Below are positions 8,873 to 19,018 of a stretch of 64,000 nt of DNA, piece after piece (position 1 is the stretch's first letter; each line of letters begins with the position of its first letter). Origin of the DNA: an uncultured virus (IMG/VR IMGVR_UViG_3300010233_000006) (Duplodnaviria > Heunggongvirae > Uroviricota > Caudoviricetes); the IMG/VR virus record IMGVR_UViG_3300010233_000006. One strand, given 5' to 3'. The position numbers were made by a program, and so were the translations under genes. Under the pieces are notes generated by a model. That model was not told the origin of the DNA. It ran no database searches and saw only the letters and a program-made list of their open reading frames with translations.

Positions 8873-9400
8873 TCAGCTTACCTGAAGATACCAGGCTCCG
8901 CCAATCCCTCCAAACTTTTCATACGTGTGCATGCTGCCATCGGGTGCCTGAATTGGTGGGGTGACCATGCCGAGCGGGAAGCCGTCGTCCTTCCAGGCGT
9001 CCACCCAGGCACCATTCTGTGTGCCCCAGTTGATGCTGATCTTATTCTTGATCGGCGTCATCACCGTGAGGGTGCCCTGGTCGACATCCTGTAGCGGCAC
9101 GTTGATCGGGATCGTCTCGGTTGCGCTTTGCATCGGGAAGATGAAGCCGTTTTGGTCGGGTGGACTCAGTACCCATTTGGCCGGTGGAACCGGTTTGACG
9201 AGTGGCGGATCGTGATGCTGACCGCTCCCGGCATTCAGGTTGTAGTTGTTGCAAGCGACGTCAAAGATGGCCTGGTCGTTGTCGTTGCGGCTCTGGCAAT
9301 ACGCAATGGCGCCGTTACGTAGGTTGACGATGGCATCGGCCAAGCTGGTGCCGCTGCCACCTTGACCTACTGGAAGAAGTCCGATGGGTGGTGAACTCAT
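8873..9400 (-). CDS. hypothetical protein
   Basis: 175-aa ORF with AGGAG RBS and upstream TGCCATAAT box. Confidence 0.7.
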   Translation of the reverse strand: MSSPPIGLLPVGQGGSGTSLADAIVNLRNGAIAYCQSRNDNDQAIFDVACNNYNLNAGSGQHHDPPLVKPVPPAKWVLSPPDQNGFIFPMQSATETIPINVPLQDVDQGTLTVMTPIKNKISINWGTQNGAWVDAWKDDGFPLGMVTPPIQAPDGSMHTYEKFGGIGGAWYLQVS

Positions 9401-9560
9401 GGTGCTGTTATCTCCTGTCCCCGATTATGGCACAGGGTACTGAAGACGGTGTCAATCGCCGCCGTCTTTCAAGAGGACGCATCCTTGAAAGGTGTCTTTC
9501 AATGATTCGAGCCAATTTGCTGGCGGCATCGGTCTTGGTGCGCTTGTACATTTGCAGGTT

Positions 9561-9695
9561 CGCGCGAGGCCGGTGTCCAAACCGGCGCTAACCCTGGCCC
9601 TTGGGCGCCCAAAGCCTGGATCATGCCATCAGATTAGAATCTGCCGCTCTTCGGTTCGGCCTTTCGGCCTTAGTACGGGGCTGAGCTACTCGCGC
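9561..9695 (-). ncRNA. tRNA-like RNA with expanded D-loop and long variable arm
   Basis: Acceptor GCGCGAG/CTCGCGC, TA, D-stem GCTC/GAGC, CAGA-TTCTAA-TCTG arm, T-stem GCCGG/CCGGC; loops are non-canonical; no encoded CCA. Confidence 0.6.
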
Positions 9696-9851
9696 ATGAA
9701 TATTATGGCACAGGGTCATGGACACCCGCCAGGAGATAAAGAAAGAAGGATATCCAAGAGTCCCTGTGCCAGATTTTAGGGTAGCAAGTCGGAAAAGAAG
9801 GACGGGAAACTGGAGGCTTCGGTGGCCTCGAGGCGGACGATGCGCTAGATC

Positions 9852-9902
9852 GCCCGCGCTAAGCAGGCCGGCGCTGAGAACCGTCGCCGGCCAGCGCTAC
9901 CT
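9852..9902 (-). other. structured hairpin motif, copy C
   Basis: AGGTAGCGCTG-GCCGGCG-ACGGTTCTCAG-CGCCGGC-CTGCTTAGCGCGGGC. Confidence 0.7.
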
Positions 9903-10023
9903 ATTTTCACCCTCTCCGGGTTACAATCGGCCTGGAGAGAGTTAAGCAAGTGCTTCGAAAATATTTGGACTTGAAATCCAAAGCCCGGGCCGTTCGCGTG
10001 GTAGCGGGCGGCCCATTACCATT

Positions 10024-13000
10024 TCAGTTCGGTTTTATCACTCCCTGCCCTAATCCCACGCCCTTGCCTGTCAAAGAGGAGCCACCCGCCGGACTCCCCC
10101 CGCTCGACAGGCTCACTGCGCCTGTCGTAATCGTCCCGGTCGTCTTGCAATATGCTGTGTTATCGCCGGCAGCCACCGTAATGCTGCCGCAATTGAAGCC
10201 GCCCACCGTCAGGGTGTAGTTGCCGGGCGTCAATCCTGCAATCAACACCTGGCCGGGATCTGCCAGCGTCACGTTAACGGAGCTGAGCGTGCTGTGGGTG
10301 GTGTTGTTGCGGGCCTTGAGCATCGCGGCGTTCGAGGTGTTCCAGCCCGTCCAGGCTGAGTCCCCATGGAGAAGTTCTGTAAGATTGAGTGTGGCCCCTG
10401 TTCCGATCCCCATCACTTCCCAGGACTCCAGAGAAGTTGCCGTACCGCCGACCGATCCACCACCATAGACTGAGAACCGCTCGGTGTGCCCATTATTACC
10501 TGTGTAGCCCGTGTCCCGTGCGATCGTGGCACTTCCTGGGAAGATCCACTTCGAAACCAGGTTGTAGATTCTGGGCGGGTCTCCGTGAGCCGTGACCCCA
10601 TCCTCTTGCTCCAGCACCCCGTCTGTGAAGTGCGTGGAGTTGATGCTCGCGCATCCGCCCGCGCCTGGACAGGTTGTAGTCCCCTCGCTCTGAGCCAACT
10701 GCGGCCCTTCTGTCTCCCCGTTCTGGGTGAAGTGGTGGTGTTTGGCGATCTGGACGGGAAGCGTGGTGTTGGCGTCGGTGAATACCGCCAGCACTTCCGG
10801 GTTGCCTGAGAGCTTGAAGTGCGCCACGTCCTCTAGCAGCCAGTTCATGGAGCCAGTGGCAAGAGTGTAACTCCCGGTCGTGTTCCCGCGGGCGTACACG
10901 TAGTCGTTGCTGCCCGCTGCCCCATTCCCTGCCGAGGCCCATCGGTCTATGTAGGCGATGGGGACCACGCCGGTATCCAGCACCACCGTGCCGTTTCCGG
11001 TGTAGTTGGATGTTGACCCCTCGAACTGGATGGTGGAATCGGTTTGGAGAGCAGACCCGTTGCCTTCGTTGCCAATCGGCAGCGTGTCGTTTCCCTTCAG
11101 GTAAGAGCATTTATAGACCTGAAGATTATTGGGACTCCAGATATCATGATCTCCAATCCAAGTGGCATTACGGTAAAACACCTGAGTCGCACACGGCGTT
11201 CCGCTCAGTGGCCCAGCAAAAGAAATGAATGCATCCGACCGGACCGTGGGCACAAACGGCCACCCAAACACGCTGGCAGCTTTGACTTGGCTGGTTGACT
11301 GAAACAACCACTGGTGTGGGAGCAGCGTCCAATCTCCCAGTGGAATCCGCACGTCCTCTTTGATGGCTTTGGGCTGCCCGACCGCTGAGGTGGAGTTCAT
11401 CCCGATCCGGCTCACAAACGCTCCCTTGAATGCAGCGGAAATGGTCGTGCCTGGATTGAACATCAACCCCGCGTCGGTCCAGATGTACCCGGAGAAACTG
11501 TTCCCCGAATCAGCGGAGTAGGTATTCGTAGGAAGGTCGTTGTTTCCACCGAAGAAGTTAGGCACCGGAAAGTGGCCCGCAGCTCCTGGAATATAGGCGC
11601 TGTCTGGATGGATGTTGTAAAGCTTGAACCGGGTGGAGCTGTCGATCCATCCACCCGCGTCGGTTGTGCCCAGATCCGGGAACCCGATAACGTTATGCGC
11701 CAGGTCCCAAGCAATCGCCTGGACATTGGTCCATGTTCGGCCTGCTCCGTAATTCATGCCGCCAGTCGTCATCCCGGTCATATAGGCCATGGCGGCGGCA
11801 AGATCATGATCGGCGCTGATTGCCTGGATGCTGGTGGCTGCATCACAGGCTCTGGAATCGTCCTGGCAGAGTTGTAGCCAGCCATGGATATTCACATATG
11901 CCCAATACGCGGTGTTGTTCGAACTATTAATGGCATAGCCGAGCGCATAGCCGTTGGTGGCTTCTCCGCCATTAGCGCCGTAAGTGACCGGCTGCGCAGT
12001 CCAAGCTCCGTCGAAGTGCTTCCCCATCGGTTTGATACCACACATCCCGTGAGTCCAATGATGGACAAACCTTACAATCTGGGGCGTCGTGCTACTGGAC
12101 TGGGTCTGCGATGACGTAACGACAGTCATGGACGTATCAGAGGCCACCGACCCAACCATCATGCCCCACGCACTGATGGACGACGATCCGCTCCAGATGT
12201 TGACGTCCGGCTCGAATGCCAGAACATAGTCACGGGCGACTACCTGTCCCACTCCCGCCGTGTTCCATGTGGTGTTATAGCCGGTCAACGTAGTTCCCGA
12301 GAGCGTGGCGGTCGGCCAGACCCGATAGGTGCTTACTCCTGCTACTGGAGTCCCGGCAGACCAACTGCCGACTGTGGCAACCTTCGTTGAGCCATTGTAG
12401 GCCGTCACATGCCCGAACGAGGACACAGGCGACACAGTATACAGGGTGCCGACGGGTGGAGCTACGCTGCCGTCCACTCGCATTTCAACGATGTTGTTTA
12501 CATAGAAGTTGGTAGTTGACGATGCGCTAGACGCCAGAGTGATGTGGGTGGTGTCATTGGTTCCCGTCGCCACCGTACCGGAATCTAGTGCCGTTTGCTG
12601 AGGAGGATTTGGCGTACAGGGCGTCGGATCACTCAGGTCGTTCGCTTCCTTATCTAGAAAATCCTGTTGGTGTCCAGCCCCGCTACCGGTAGGCATGAAC
12701 CTTCGGACCATCGCCCACGGAAGCGCCATACTTCCAATCTCTTGCGGGCTGTTTTGGATATTGTCGTAATTGCCGCCGTCTTTGATGTTCTCATTCGTGA
12801 ACAGGCCGGGGTCTACCAGGTCGATGTTGTTTACTCCGTAGAGGTTGGCCGTCAAGTATGGCTGATTGGCTTGGTCCACCATGAAGATCATAGCCATGTT
12901 GTCGAACCAGTCTACGTTCCCGTTCATGACGGCAATCCCGCCACCTCCGTCCCAGACCCAACGATACTGCCCACCAGTTACATATGTGTCGAAGATTGTC

Positions 13001-13830
13001 TTTTTCCTGACCCAGCCGGGATTGGTAGAGAGCGCTTGCTGAGAGGACCGCAAACAGGGCTCGCTACCGTTGATCGTCCCATCGAACACGCCAGAGGTTC
13101 CACAGTGATCGTTGAGATGACGATAGTCTCCAACGAACGCACTGGAAGGAGCCGTGAAAGAATATGATGAGGTCGTAGCCCCAGTAACAATGTATTCGGC
13201 TCCTCCAGTTGGAGTGAGAACAGTATCCCCCGAATTCCACAAGGAGATGCGATCTCCTACATTGACACCTGGATTAAATGAGAACGTTCCTGTTGCTATG
13301 TGGCCGGAGTTGATAGAGAACCCGGTCATGCCGTTCAAGAACCCAACTGACGTTCTCCGAGTAGTAGGTCCATTGTCGCCGTCGAAATACGCCAGCACCC
13401 CGGAGTTTAGGGTGTATGGGGTCACCTTAGAGATCGCCTGAACTCCTGGATTAGACCGAGAAGTACCTCCGGTGCACCAGGGGCCGTTTCCTGCTACATC
13501 TGCCCCGGTTCCGTCCTTGAGGCTCAGATGAGTACTGTCGATGATGGCCTTCACGTACCGGAGTCGATTTCCGCTCCCGACCCCGGAATTGGCATTAGAG
13601 ATACTGTAGGACCCATCAGTGGCACACACGCCGCTGATTGCGAGCTGGTCCCCAGCCATTAGCCCGGTTGTGCTCCTAACCGTGCAGACCATCGGTGTGG
13701 CATTCGTGCAGCCTGGAGAGACGACGTAGGTTCCGAATGGCCCAGTGCCTTTCAAGGAGATTGTTTGCCCGGATAGTCCAAGAGTGGCCAACACCAGCGC
13801 AAATAATCCAAAGCCTTGACGAGTGGTCAT
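10024..13830 (-). CDS. large signal-peptide-bearing protein, possible heparinase II/III-like polysaccharide lyase fold in C-terminal half
   Basis: MTTRQGFGLFALVLATLGLSG|Q signal; GDHDIWSPNNLQVYK resembles the HxHxD region; Thr/Gly-rich. Confidence 0.55.
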   Translation of the reverse strand: MTTRQGFGLFALVLATLGLSGQTISLKGTGPFGTYVVSPGCTNATPMVCTVRSTTGLMAGDQLAISGVCATDGSYSISNANSGVGSGNRLRYVKAIIDSTHLSLKDGTGADVAGNGPWCTGGTSRSNPGVQAISKVTPYTLNSGVLAYFDGDNGPTTRRTSVGFLNGMTGFSINSGHIATGTFSFNPGVNVGDRISLWNSGDTVLTPTGGAEYIVTGATTSSYSFTAPSSAFVGDYRHLNDHCGTSGVFDGTINGSEPCLRSSQQALSTNPGWVRKKTIFDTYVTGGQYRWVWDGGGGIAVMNGNVDWFDNMAMIFMVDQANQPYLTANLYGVNNIDLVDPGLFTNENIKDGGNYDNIQNSPQEIGSMALPWAMVRRFMPTGSGAGHQQDFLDKEANDLSDPTPCTPNPPQQTALDSGTVATGTNDTTHITLASSASSTTNFYVNNIVEMRVDGSVAPPVGTLYTVSPVSSFGHVTAYNGSTKVATVGSWSAGTPVAGVSTYRVWPTATLSGTTLTGYNTTWNTAGVGQVVARDYVLAFEPDVNIWSGSSSISAWGMMVGSVASDTSMTVVTSSQTQSSSTTPQIVRFVHHWTHGMCGIKPMGKHFDGAWTAQPVTYGANGGEATNGYALGYAINSSNNTAYWAYVNIHGWLQLCQDDSRACDAATSIQAISADHDLAAAMAYMTGMTTGGMNYGAGRTWTNVQAIAWDLAHNVIGFPDLGTTDAGGWIDSSTRFKLYNIHPDSAYIPGAAGHFPVPNFFGGNNDLPTNTYSADSGNSFSGYIWTDAGLMFNPGTTISAAFKGAFVSRIGMNSTSAVGQPKAIKEDVRIPLGDWTLLPHQWLFQSTSQVKAASVFGWPFVPTVRSDAFISFAGPLSGTPCATQVFYRNATWIGDHDIWSPNNLQVYKCSYLKGNDTLPIGNEGNGSALQTDSTIQFEGSTSNYTGNGTVVLDTGVVPIAYIDRWASAGNGAAGSNDYVYARGNTTGSYTLATGSMNWLLEDVAHFKLSGNPEVLAVFTDANTTLPVQIAKHHHFTQNGETEGPQLAQSEGTTTCPGAGGCASINSTHFTDGVLEQEDGVTAHGDPPRIYNLVSKWIFPGSATIARDTGYTGNNGHTERFSVYGGGSVGGTATSLESWEVMGIGTGATLNLTELLHGDSAWTGWNTSNAAMLKARNNTTHSTLSSVNVTLADPGQVLIAGLTPGNYTLTVGGFNCGSITVAAGDNTAYCKTTGTITTGAVSLSSGGSPAGGSSLTGKGVGLGQGVIKPN

Positions 13831-14570
13831 TAGTTTCCCCGGAATGCGGCAATGATCGCACTCAGCCCAGTGGACCCTCCCGAGGTCGTACAAGTGGGAT
13901 TCTGAGCAGTGTTACCGGACTGAATCAGATACGAAATTGCCGCACCATAGTTGACGCCACCTCCGGGCGCAATCTGTAAGGGAATCGAAAACCCGCTATC
14001 GACCGTGATAGTTCCCGAGTTGTTTCCACAGCCCAGTATAAATAGGTTGTGCCCTGTCCCTGGAGTGCTAGATCCAGGCTGAATACTGGTACCCGAACTC
14101 GCAAAAGTCGCAGCTTGTGTGCCGCTCTGAAACACAGAGCTAGTAGTGAGCATCCCAGAGAACCCAAACACACAGGCACCCACATATTCCCCTGAGGCCG
14201 TAACGGTAAATGTCTGAGATGCCGTCACAGTCGGATTTATCGTGTAGTAAAGCAACCCTCCTGGCCCGGTCCCAATAGATGCCCCTACTGATATCCAGGT
14301 GTTGCCCCCTGAGTCGCTGGGAGTTACGGTATTGTCCAAGGAGGCAATAAACATCCAAAGGCCATTCGCCGCCGAGGCGTTAACCGCAGCAGAGGTAGCC
14401 CCATTAAGTCCGCCAAAACATATGTCTGCGGCGGCAATGTGTGTAATGCTGCCACCGCTTGATGCTCCCGCTGGCCACACGACAGAAGATGGCACTACCA
14501 AGGATGAAGGACGGGCCTGTCCGAACAGGGAACCAGCCAGGAGCAGACAAAGAATTGCTTTCGTTCTCAC
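13830..14570 (-). CDS. signal-peptide protein with Ser/Thr/Gly-rich beta-sandwich-like domain
   Basis: MRTKAILCLLLAGSLFG|Q; DSGGNTW; ends IIAAFRGN. Confidence 0.7.
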   Translation of the reverse strand: MRTKAILCLLLAGSLFGQARPSSLVVPSSVVWPAGASSGGSITHIAAADICFGGLNGATSAAVNASAANGLWMFIASLDNTVTPSDSGGNTWISVGASIGTGPGGLLYYTINPTVTASQTFTVTASGEYVGACVFGFSGMLTTSSVFQSGTQAATFASSGTSIQPGSSTPGTGHNLFILGCGNNSGTITVDSGFSIPLQIAPGGGVNYGAAISYLIQSGNTAQNPTCTTSGGSTGLSAIIAAFRGN

Positions 14571-17500
14571 TTGATCACCCCCAAGCCACGAAGTAAACCA
14601 ATTCCAAACATCATACTGCCAGAGCTAGCCGTAGTTGTGGTCGTCTGATAGGCTCCAAGGTTTGGAAGTGCCAGCAATCCCGTGCCGAGCAAATCGAACA
14701 GCGGAGCCAATCCCGGAGTTCCCGCCGCCCGTCCTGGCGATCCCGACAGCAGTCGCAGGTTGAAGCTAGCGGGAGAATTCCAATAGCTTGGGCTCGCGCC
14801 GACAAACGTCGGGTCTGCGTTCAGATTGTTGGTGCTAGAAGCACTCCACAGGCCAGCGTTCAGTTGCGCGATTGTCTTAATAGTAAGATTGCCTGAAATG
14901 GATGGGCACATCTGCATCACATTGGTGGTGCTGAAGGCCCCCTGGTAGAAGAGGTTGTTCAGAAAGATTGAAGTCGAGAGCGTTGTGTCCCCTGAGTCCA
15001 GTGCGCAGGGGCTGGAATTCAACGTCGCCAGGAAGAACACCGCAGGAAGATATCCGTTCGCGTTGTTCTGGAAGATATTGTTGGCATACGTGTTGCCGCC
15101 CAAGTTGCCTTGCTTGGTCTGTGTGCAAGAGCCAGCCGAGGTCCAGTTCGTTGGCGGGGTGCTCGTGTTGCCGTCGATGCTGCTAGTGTAGTTGGTCCCG
15201 CTGTACAGGGCATGATCTCCGGTCAGATATGTCAGCGCGGAGTTCCAGACTGGGTAGCAGCCGGTCGAGGTGTTGGACACATAAAGTGCCTGATTTGCCC
15301 AATGCCCAGGATTCGCCACGTCATAAGGAACGTAGATTGTGTTGTTCGCGATTGTATTCCCGGTCTGTGAGTAGGGACAAATGCCGGTGTTGGTTTGGGT
15401 TCCGCTATTGGCGTTATAGCAGTCGCCGTCATAATTAGAGAAGATGATTCCGCCATCGTTGTTAAAAATGAGATTAGACAGAATCGAAGAGTACGACATC
15501 CCGTTGTATATGGCCGCTGCCGCGTTATCCAGCGTCCCGTAGATGATATTCTGCTCCAACACAGCATTGGCAATGCGACCGTTGACCTGGAGCGCGGGAC
15601 GCTGCGCCGAAGGATTGTAGAGCAGGTTTCGACGAATAAATACATTCGAACCTGGGAGGTTCCTCGATCCAAAATAGACGTCATGCTCACAGCTTCCACA
15701 TGACGCATCGTTTTGATCGTGTACGGCGCTGTACTCCAGTGTCAAGTCGCTTAGGTTCTGAAATGCCGTCAATCCCTGAATACATTCGAAGGCCTCGATA
15801 TGCCTCCAGATGACGTTATTCGAGAAACCGCCATTCATGCAGCCGGTGTTAAGACCGCCCGCCACCTTGATTCCATCGAAGACGATCCATCCGTGAAATG
15901 AGGCATCAAGCAATCCGTTACTCGTTCCTCCTGAGGTCGGGCGGTTGTCCTCGAAGGGCAACTCGCCTGGGTAGGCCATCACGACTACAGGATTACCCGA
16001 CGTGCCCCCCGCAGGCGTGATAGCCACGTCCTGATAAGTGCCACCGCGGTACATCACCATGTCGCCCGCCGTAAGCCCGTTCTGATACACGTGTAGCCAA
16101 CTGGCGCACGGAGTCGATGGCGGTGAAGCCAGAGTCCCAACTGCACAAGTGCTATCGTTCCCAGTTGTGGAGATGATCCAGAGACGAGTCGGATTGTAGC
16201 CAAGGTGGTTGATGAACGCCGCGAGAGTCCCGTACTTAGCGATGGCCTGCGCTCCGGTGTGGATCGAAGCATCGTTGTCGTCGGCATCGGGACCAAGGCA
16301 TCCCGGCCCGGTTCCATAGCCGTCTCCGTCCACGTCTATACAGGTAATGGTCGAGTGGCCGAGACCGTTTGCTCCATCGGGCGAAAGGGTGAACGTAAAA
16401 CAGTCGTGGGTCGGGTCGTTGCACATCACATATTTATTGATCGAGGGGACGAAGTTGAAACGCTGGTAGATCCCTTGACTACCGGTGGCAGGTGGAACTG
16501 TTGGAGACGAGAAGGTCTGATCCACACAGGTCCTGGAGCCCGGATCGAAGATGGTAACCTTCTGCCCGGTTCCTGAATACCCCACGATCCGTGAGATATT
16601 TGAGTCGTACACGATCGCTGGATTGGTGACATCAAACGCCGAGGACGTGCACCCGGAAACCAGAGAAGTCAAGTCGGTCCAGGAAAAAGAAGATCCGTGG
16701 CTGATGTCCATCGAGTAAATCGCGAATCCTCCACCATGGCTGATATAGTCATGGCCGATGGAAATCAGCACCTTCCGAACCGGATCGATCACCAAAGTAC
16801 CAGATGACACGGCGAAAGCCCCTGTAGCGAGCACCGTATAGGTATTCGCCACCGTGTTGTACCGAACGAGCTTCCCAGCACTGTTATTGAGAACCAATGA
16901 CGTTCCCGGCGTGGTAGGGTCGTAGACCGCGAAATTCCCATAGCCCGGCGGAGAGTCGGGAACGGGGTTGCTCATGTTCGTCCAGGTCGGCACCCCCGCC
17001 GAGTCAAACGTTGCTTTCCACGTGGTTTGTACGTTAGTAGTGCATGCGGAGTTCACCGCTCCGCCGAAACTGATCATGGCATCATTGAGAATGTCATAGA
17101 CAAGGGCAGTCCATGTGTGCCTGGACAATGGCGTTCCTGTGGTGCTGATATCACAACTAACTGCATAGTCCCATGCTGTTGGATCGTTAAGCCGCACAAT
17201 GGCCGGTGCTGTCCAAGACGACGGACTGACTGCGGTCCCGGAACCAACAAGGTTCAGCGCGTACATTTCATTATTCGAGGAGTCCAAGTGGCCCCCGCCC
17301 CAGATTACAAGGCGGTTTCTCTTTGTGTCCACTACCGCTGACGAGTATGCTAGGTATACCTTGGGGCAGGCGTCGTTGAATCCATAGTTGGCGAAGTCCG
17401 ACCCTGCTCCACTACCGTTGTTGATCGGGCACACATCGTGCGTTCCGGGCGCATGCAGGATGGTATTGATGCCGAGGTCGGTCCAGCCCTGCCCGAAAGC

Positions 17501-17635
17501 CGGGAGAGCCAGCGCTCCCAGCAGGCTTAGGCGGAGCGCTTGCGCAAGATCAGGTACAAGACGAACGCAGTGGCAAAACCAGCGGCTACGGGAATTAGGG
17601 GATAGGTGTAATCCATGGAACATACTATACCACAT
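14567..17635 (-). CDS. exported multidomain protein: beta-propeller, DxDGDG metal-binding motif, right-handed beta-helix
   Basis: LSLLGALALPAFG|Q; RLVIWGGGH; CIDVDGDGYG...DADDNDASIH; GDMVMYRGGTY...NPVVVMAYPGE; start uncertain. Confidence 0.7.
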   Translation of the reverse strand: MWYSMFHGLHLSPNSRSRWFCHCVRLVPDLAQALRLSLLGALALPAFGQGWTDLGINTILHAPGTHDVCPINNGSGAGSDFANYGFNDACPKVYLAYSSAVVDTKRNRLVIWGGGHLDSSNNEMYALNLVGSGTAVSPSSWTAPAIVRLNDPTAWDYAVSCDISTTGTPLSRHTWTALVYDILNDAMISFGGAVNSACTTNVQTTWKATFDSAGVPTWTNMSNPVPDSPPGYGNFAVYDPTTPGTSLVLNNSAGKLVRYNTVANTYTVLATGAFAVSSGTLVIDPVRKVLISIGHDYISHGGGFAIYSMDISHGSSFSWTDLTSLVSGCTSSAFDVTNPAIVYDSNISRIVGYSGTGQKVTIFDPGSRTCVDQTFSSPTVPPATGSQGIYQRFNFVPSINKYVMCNDPTHDCFTFTLSPDGANGLGHSTITCIDVDGDGYGTGPGCLGPDADDNDASIHTGAQAIAKYGTLAAFINHLGYNPTRLWIISTTGNDSTCAVGTLASPPSTPCASWLHVYQNGLTAGDMVMYRGGTYQDVAITPAGGTSGNPVVVMAYPGELPFEDNRPTSGGTSNGLLDASFHGWIVFDGIKVAGGLNTGCMNGGFSNNVIWRHIEAFECIQGLTAFQNLSDLTLEYSAVHDQNDASCGSCEHDVYFGSRNLPGSNVFIRRNLLYNPSAQRPALQVNGRIANAVLEQNIIYGTLDNAAAAIYNGMSYSSILSNLIFNNDGGIIFSNYDGDCYNANSGTQTNTGICPYSQTGNTIANNTIYVPYDVANPGHWANQALYVSNTSTGCYPVWNSALTYLTGDHALYSGTNYTSSIDGNTSTPPTNWTSAGSCTQTKQGNLGGNTYANNIFQNNANGYLPAVFFLATLNSSPCALDSGDTTLSTSIFLNNLFYQGAFSTTNVMQMCPSISGNLTIKTIAQLNAGLWSASSTNNLNADPTFVGASPSYWNSPASFNLRLLSGSPGRAAGTPGLAPLFDLLGTGLLALPNLGAYQTTTTTASSGSMMFGIGLLRGLGVIK

Positions 17636-18393
17636 TAATGGAAACTCGCATTCCGGGCCGCCGCGGTATCGGAACTGGAAAGCACCCATGATGGATTCTC
17701 GACGCCTGAGGCAGTTTGAATCTTGTAGGCAAACGCCAGCCCCATGGACTGCCCGCTAACCCCCGCGAAAGTTAATCCATCTCCACTGGCGGAAGGTATC
17801 GTATAGCCCGTAGGGACCGTGCCAGTTACCCCTGCCGCCCCGCCCGGATTCAAGCCGGTGACAACAAGCGACACCACAGTGGTCGTGATGGAGCCAGCCG
17901 CTATGCTACTTGTTGGTGTCCCTAGAGAACTGTGGTAGCTCGACAGATCCTCGGTCCCGGACGTACCCGCCCCGGAGAAGGCCATGACCCCGAGCGACAC
18001 CGCGACCGTGGACCCGCAGTTTGCTGACCACGTATAGCCAGCCGCTCCCGTCAATCCGCGAAAGTAGAAAATAGATAGCGCCTGGTCCGTTGTAGCTGCG
18101 CTCGGCGCGGTAGCTGTGTACGTATGGGAGTTGTTGTCGATGACGGTGCAATCGGTGTTGGGCTGTCCGTTGTACGCGGTTACCAGCACATAGACTGACG
18201 TAGCTCCCGTGATGTCAAGAGTGCCAGTCGTCAGGGAGGCTGGCCCAGTTCCCTTCTTCCCAATCGCGCTGATAAAGGTGATGCCGGTAGGGCTGACACT
18301 GGCCGACGGAAATCGCGCCCCTGGATAGCGCCCAGCGGGGAAGATCTGGGCGGAGAGAACGACCGGCACTATCATCAGTAGCAACAGCCTCAT
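17635..18393 (-). CDS. signal-peptide protein, paralogous beta-sandwich-like domain
   Basis: MRLLLLMIVPVVLSA|Q; DNNSHTY; ends ARNASFH. Confidence 0.7.
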   Translation of the reverse strand: MRLLLLMIVPVVLSAQIFPAGRYPGARFPSASVSPTGITFISAIGKKGTGPASLTTGTLDITGATSVYVLVTAYNGQPNTDCTVIDNNSHTYTATAPSAATTDQALSIFYFRGLTGAAGYTWSANCGSTVAVSLGVMAFSGAGTSGTEDLSSYHSSLGTPTSSIAAGSITTTVVSLVVTGLNPGGAAGVTGTVPTGYTIPSASGDGLTFAGVSGQSMGLAFAYKIQTASGVENPSWVLSSSDTAAARNASFH

Positions 18394-19001
18394 TGGCAAC
18401 TCCCCGTGCTCGCGGCTGTAGCCAACTCCCCAACTATCTGCCCGAGTAGGGCAATGGTTGGAGTAGCTAGGTAAGCCGCAATGTGCGTATTGACCGCCGT
18501 CAGACAAGCGGGATTGGTACCCACCGTGAGCACAAGCGGCGGACTGGTCAACGCTACGGCTCCGGTGGCGCTAGCGGCCAATGGATTTGCGAGCGAGAGA
18601 TTGATTGTCGAGCCAACGATGGCGCTGGCCGGGATTGGGTAATTAAAAGTGAGGACCGCCCCATCGGCGAACGCATTGTTGGTAGGAAAGCCAACACTCG
18701 GAGGAGCCGGGTTTGTGAAGCCAACCAAGAGCACACTACTGGCGTTGGCCCATAAGGTCTTTGTCGCCGCTATAGAGGCCCCTCCCGGCACCAAAGATGC
18801 GGACGTCGCGGGTACATTGAACCCAATACCGCCAATGTTTTGTCCAGCCGCTCCAGAGAGGGTCACAGATACCTGAACCGTTGCTCCTGGATATGCTACC
18901 CCCGCCGTCGTCACCGTTAACGCTGACTGGGCTACAAGAGCCGTGGCACATAGAGTAGATACCAGTGAGACCAACAGAAGGAGTTTTATGCGAGAAACCA
19001 T
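18390..19001 (-). CDS. signal-peptide protein with cohesin-like domain
   Basis: MVSRIKLLLLVSLVSTLCATALVA|Q; AYPGATVQVSVTL...IGGIGF pattern. Confidence 0.55.
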   Translation of the reverse strand: MVSRIKLLLLVSLVSTLCATALVAQSALTVTTAGVAYPGATVQVSVTLSGAAGQNIGGIGFNVPATSASLVPGGASIAATKTLWANASSVLLVGFTNPAPPSVGFPTNNAFADGAVLTFNYPIPASAIVGSTINLSLANPLAASATGAVALTSPPLVLTVGTNPACLTAVNTHIAAYLATPTIALLGQIVGELATAASTGSCQ

Positions 19002-19018
19002 AGAATGCAACCTAATCG

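Noticed and set aside
9561..9695. Functional amber suppressor tRNA implying genome recoding
   Set aside because: The anticodon loop is 6 nt and the T-loop lacks TTCG; long genes are uninterrupted and TAG terminates genes such as the HNH ORF
9987..10014. Terminator for the late operon
   Set aside because: The hairpin relies on G-U pairs on the plus strand and has no adjacent U-tract on the minus strand
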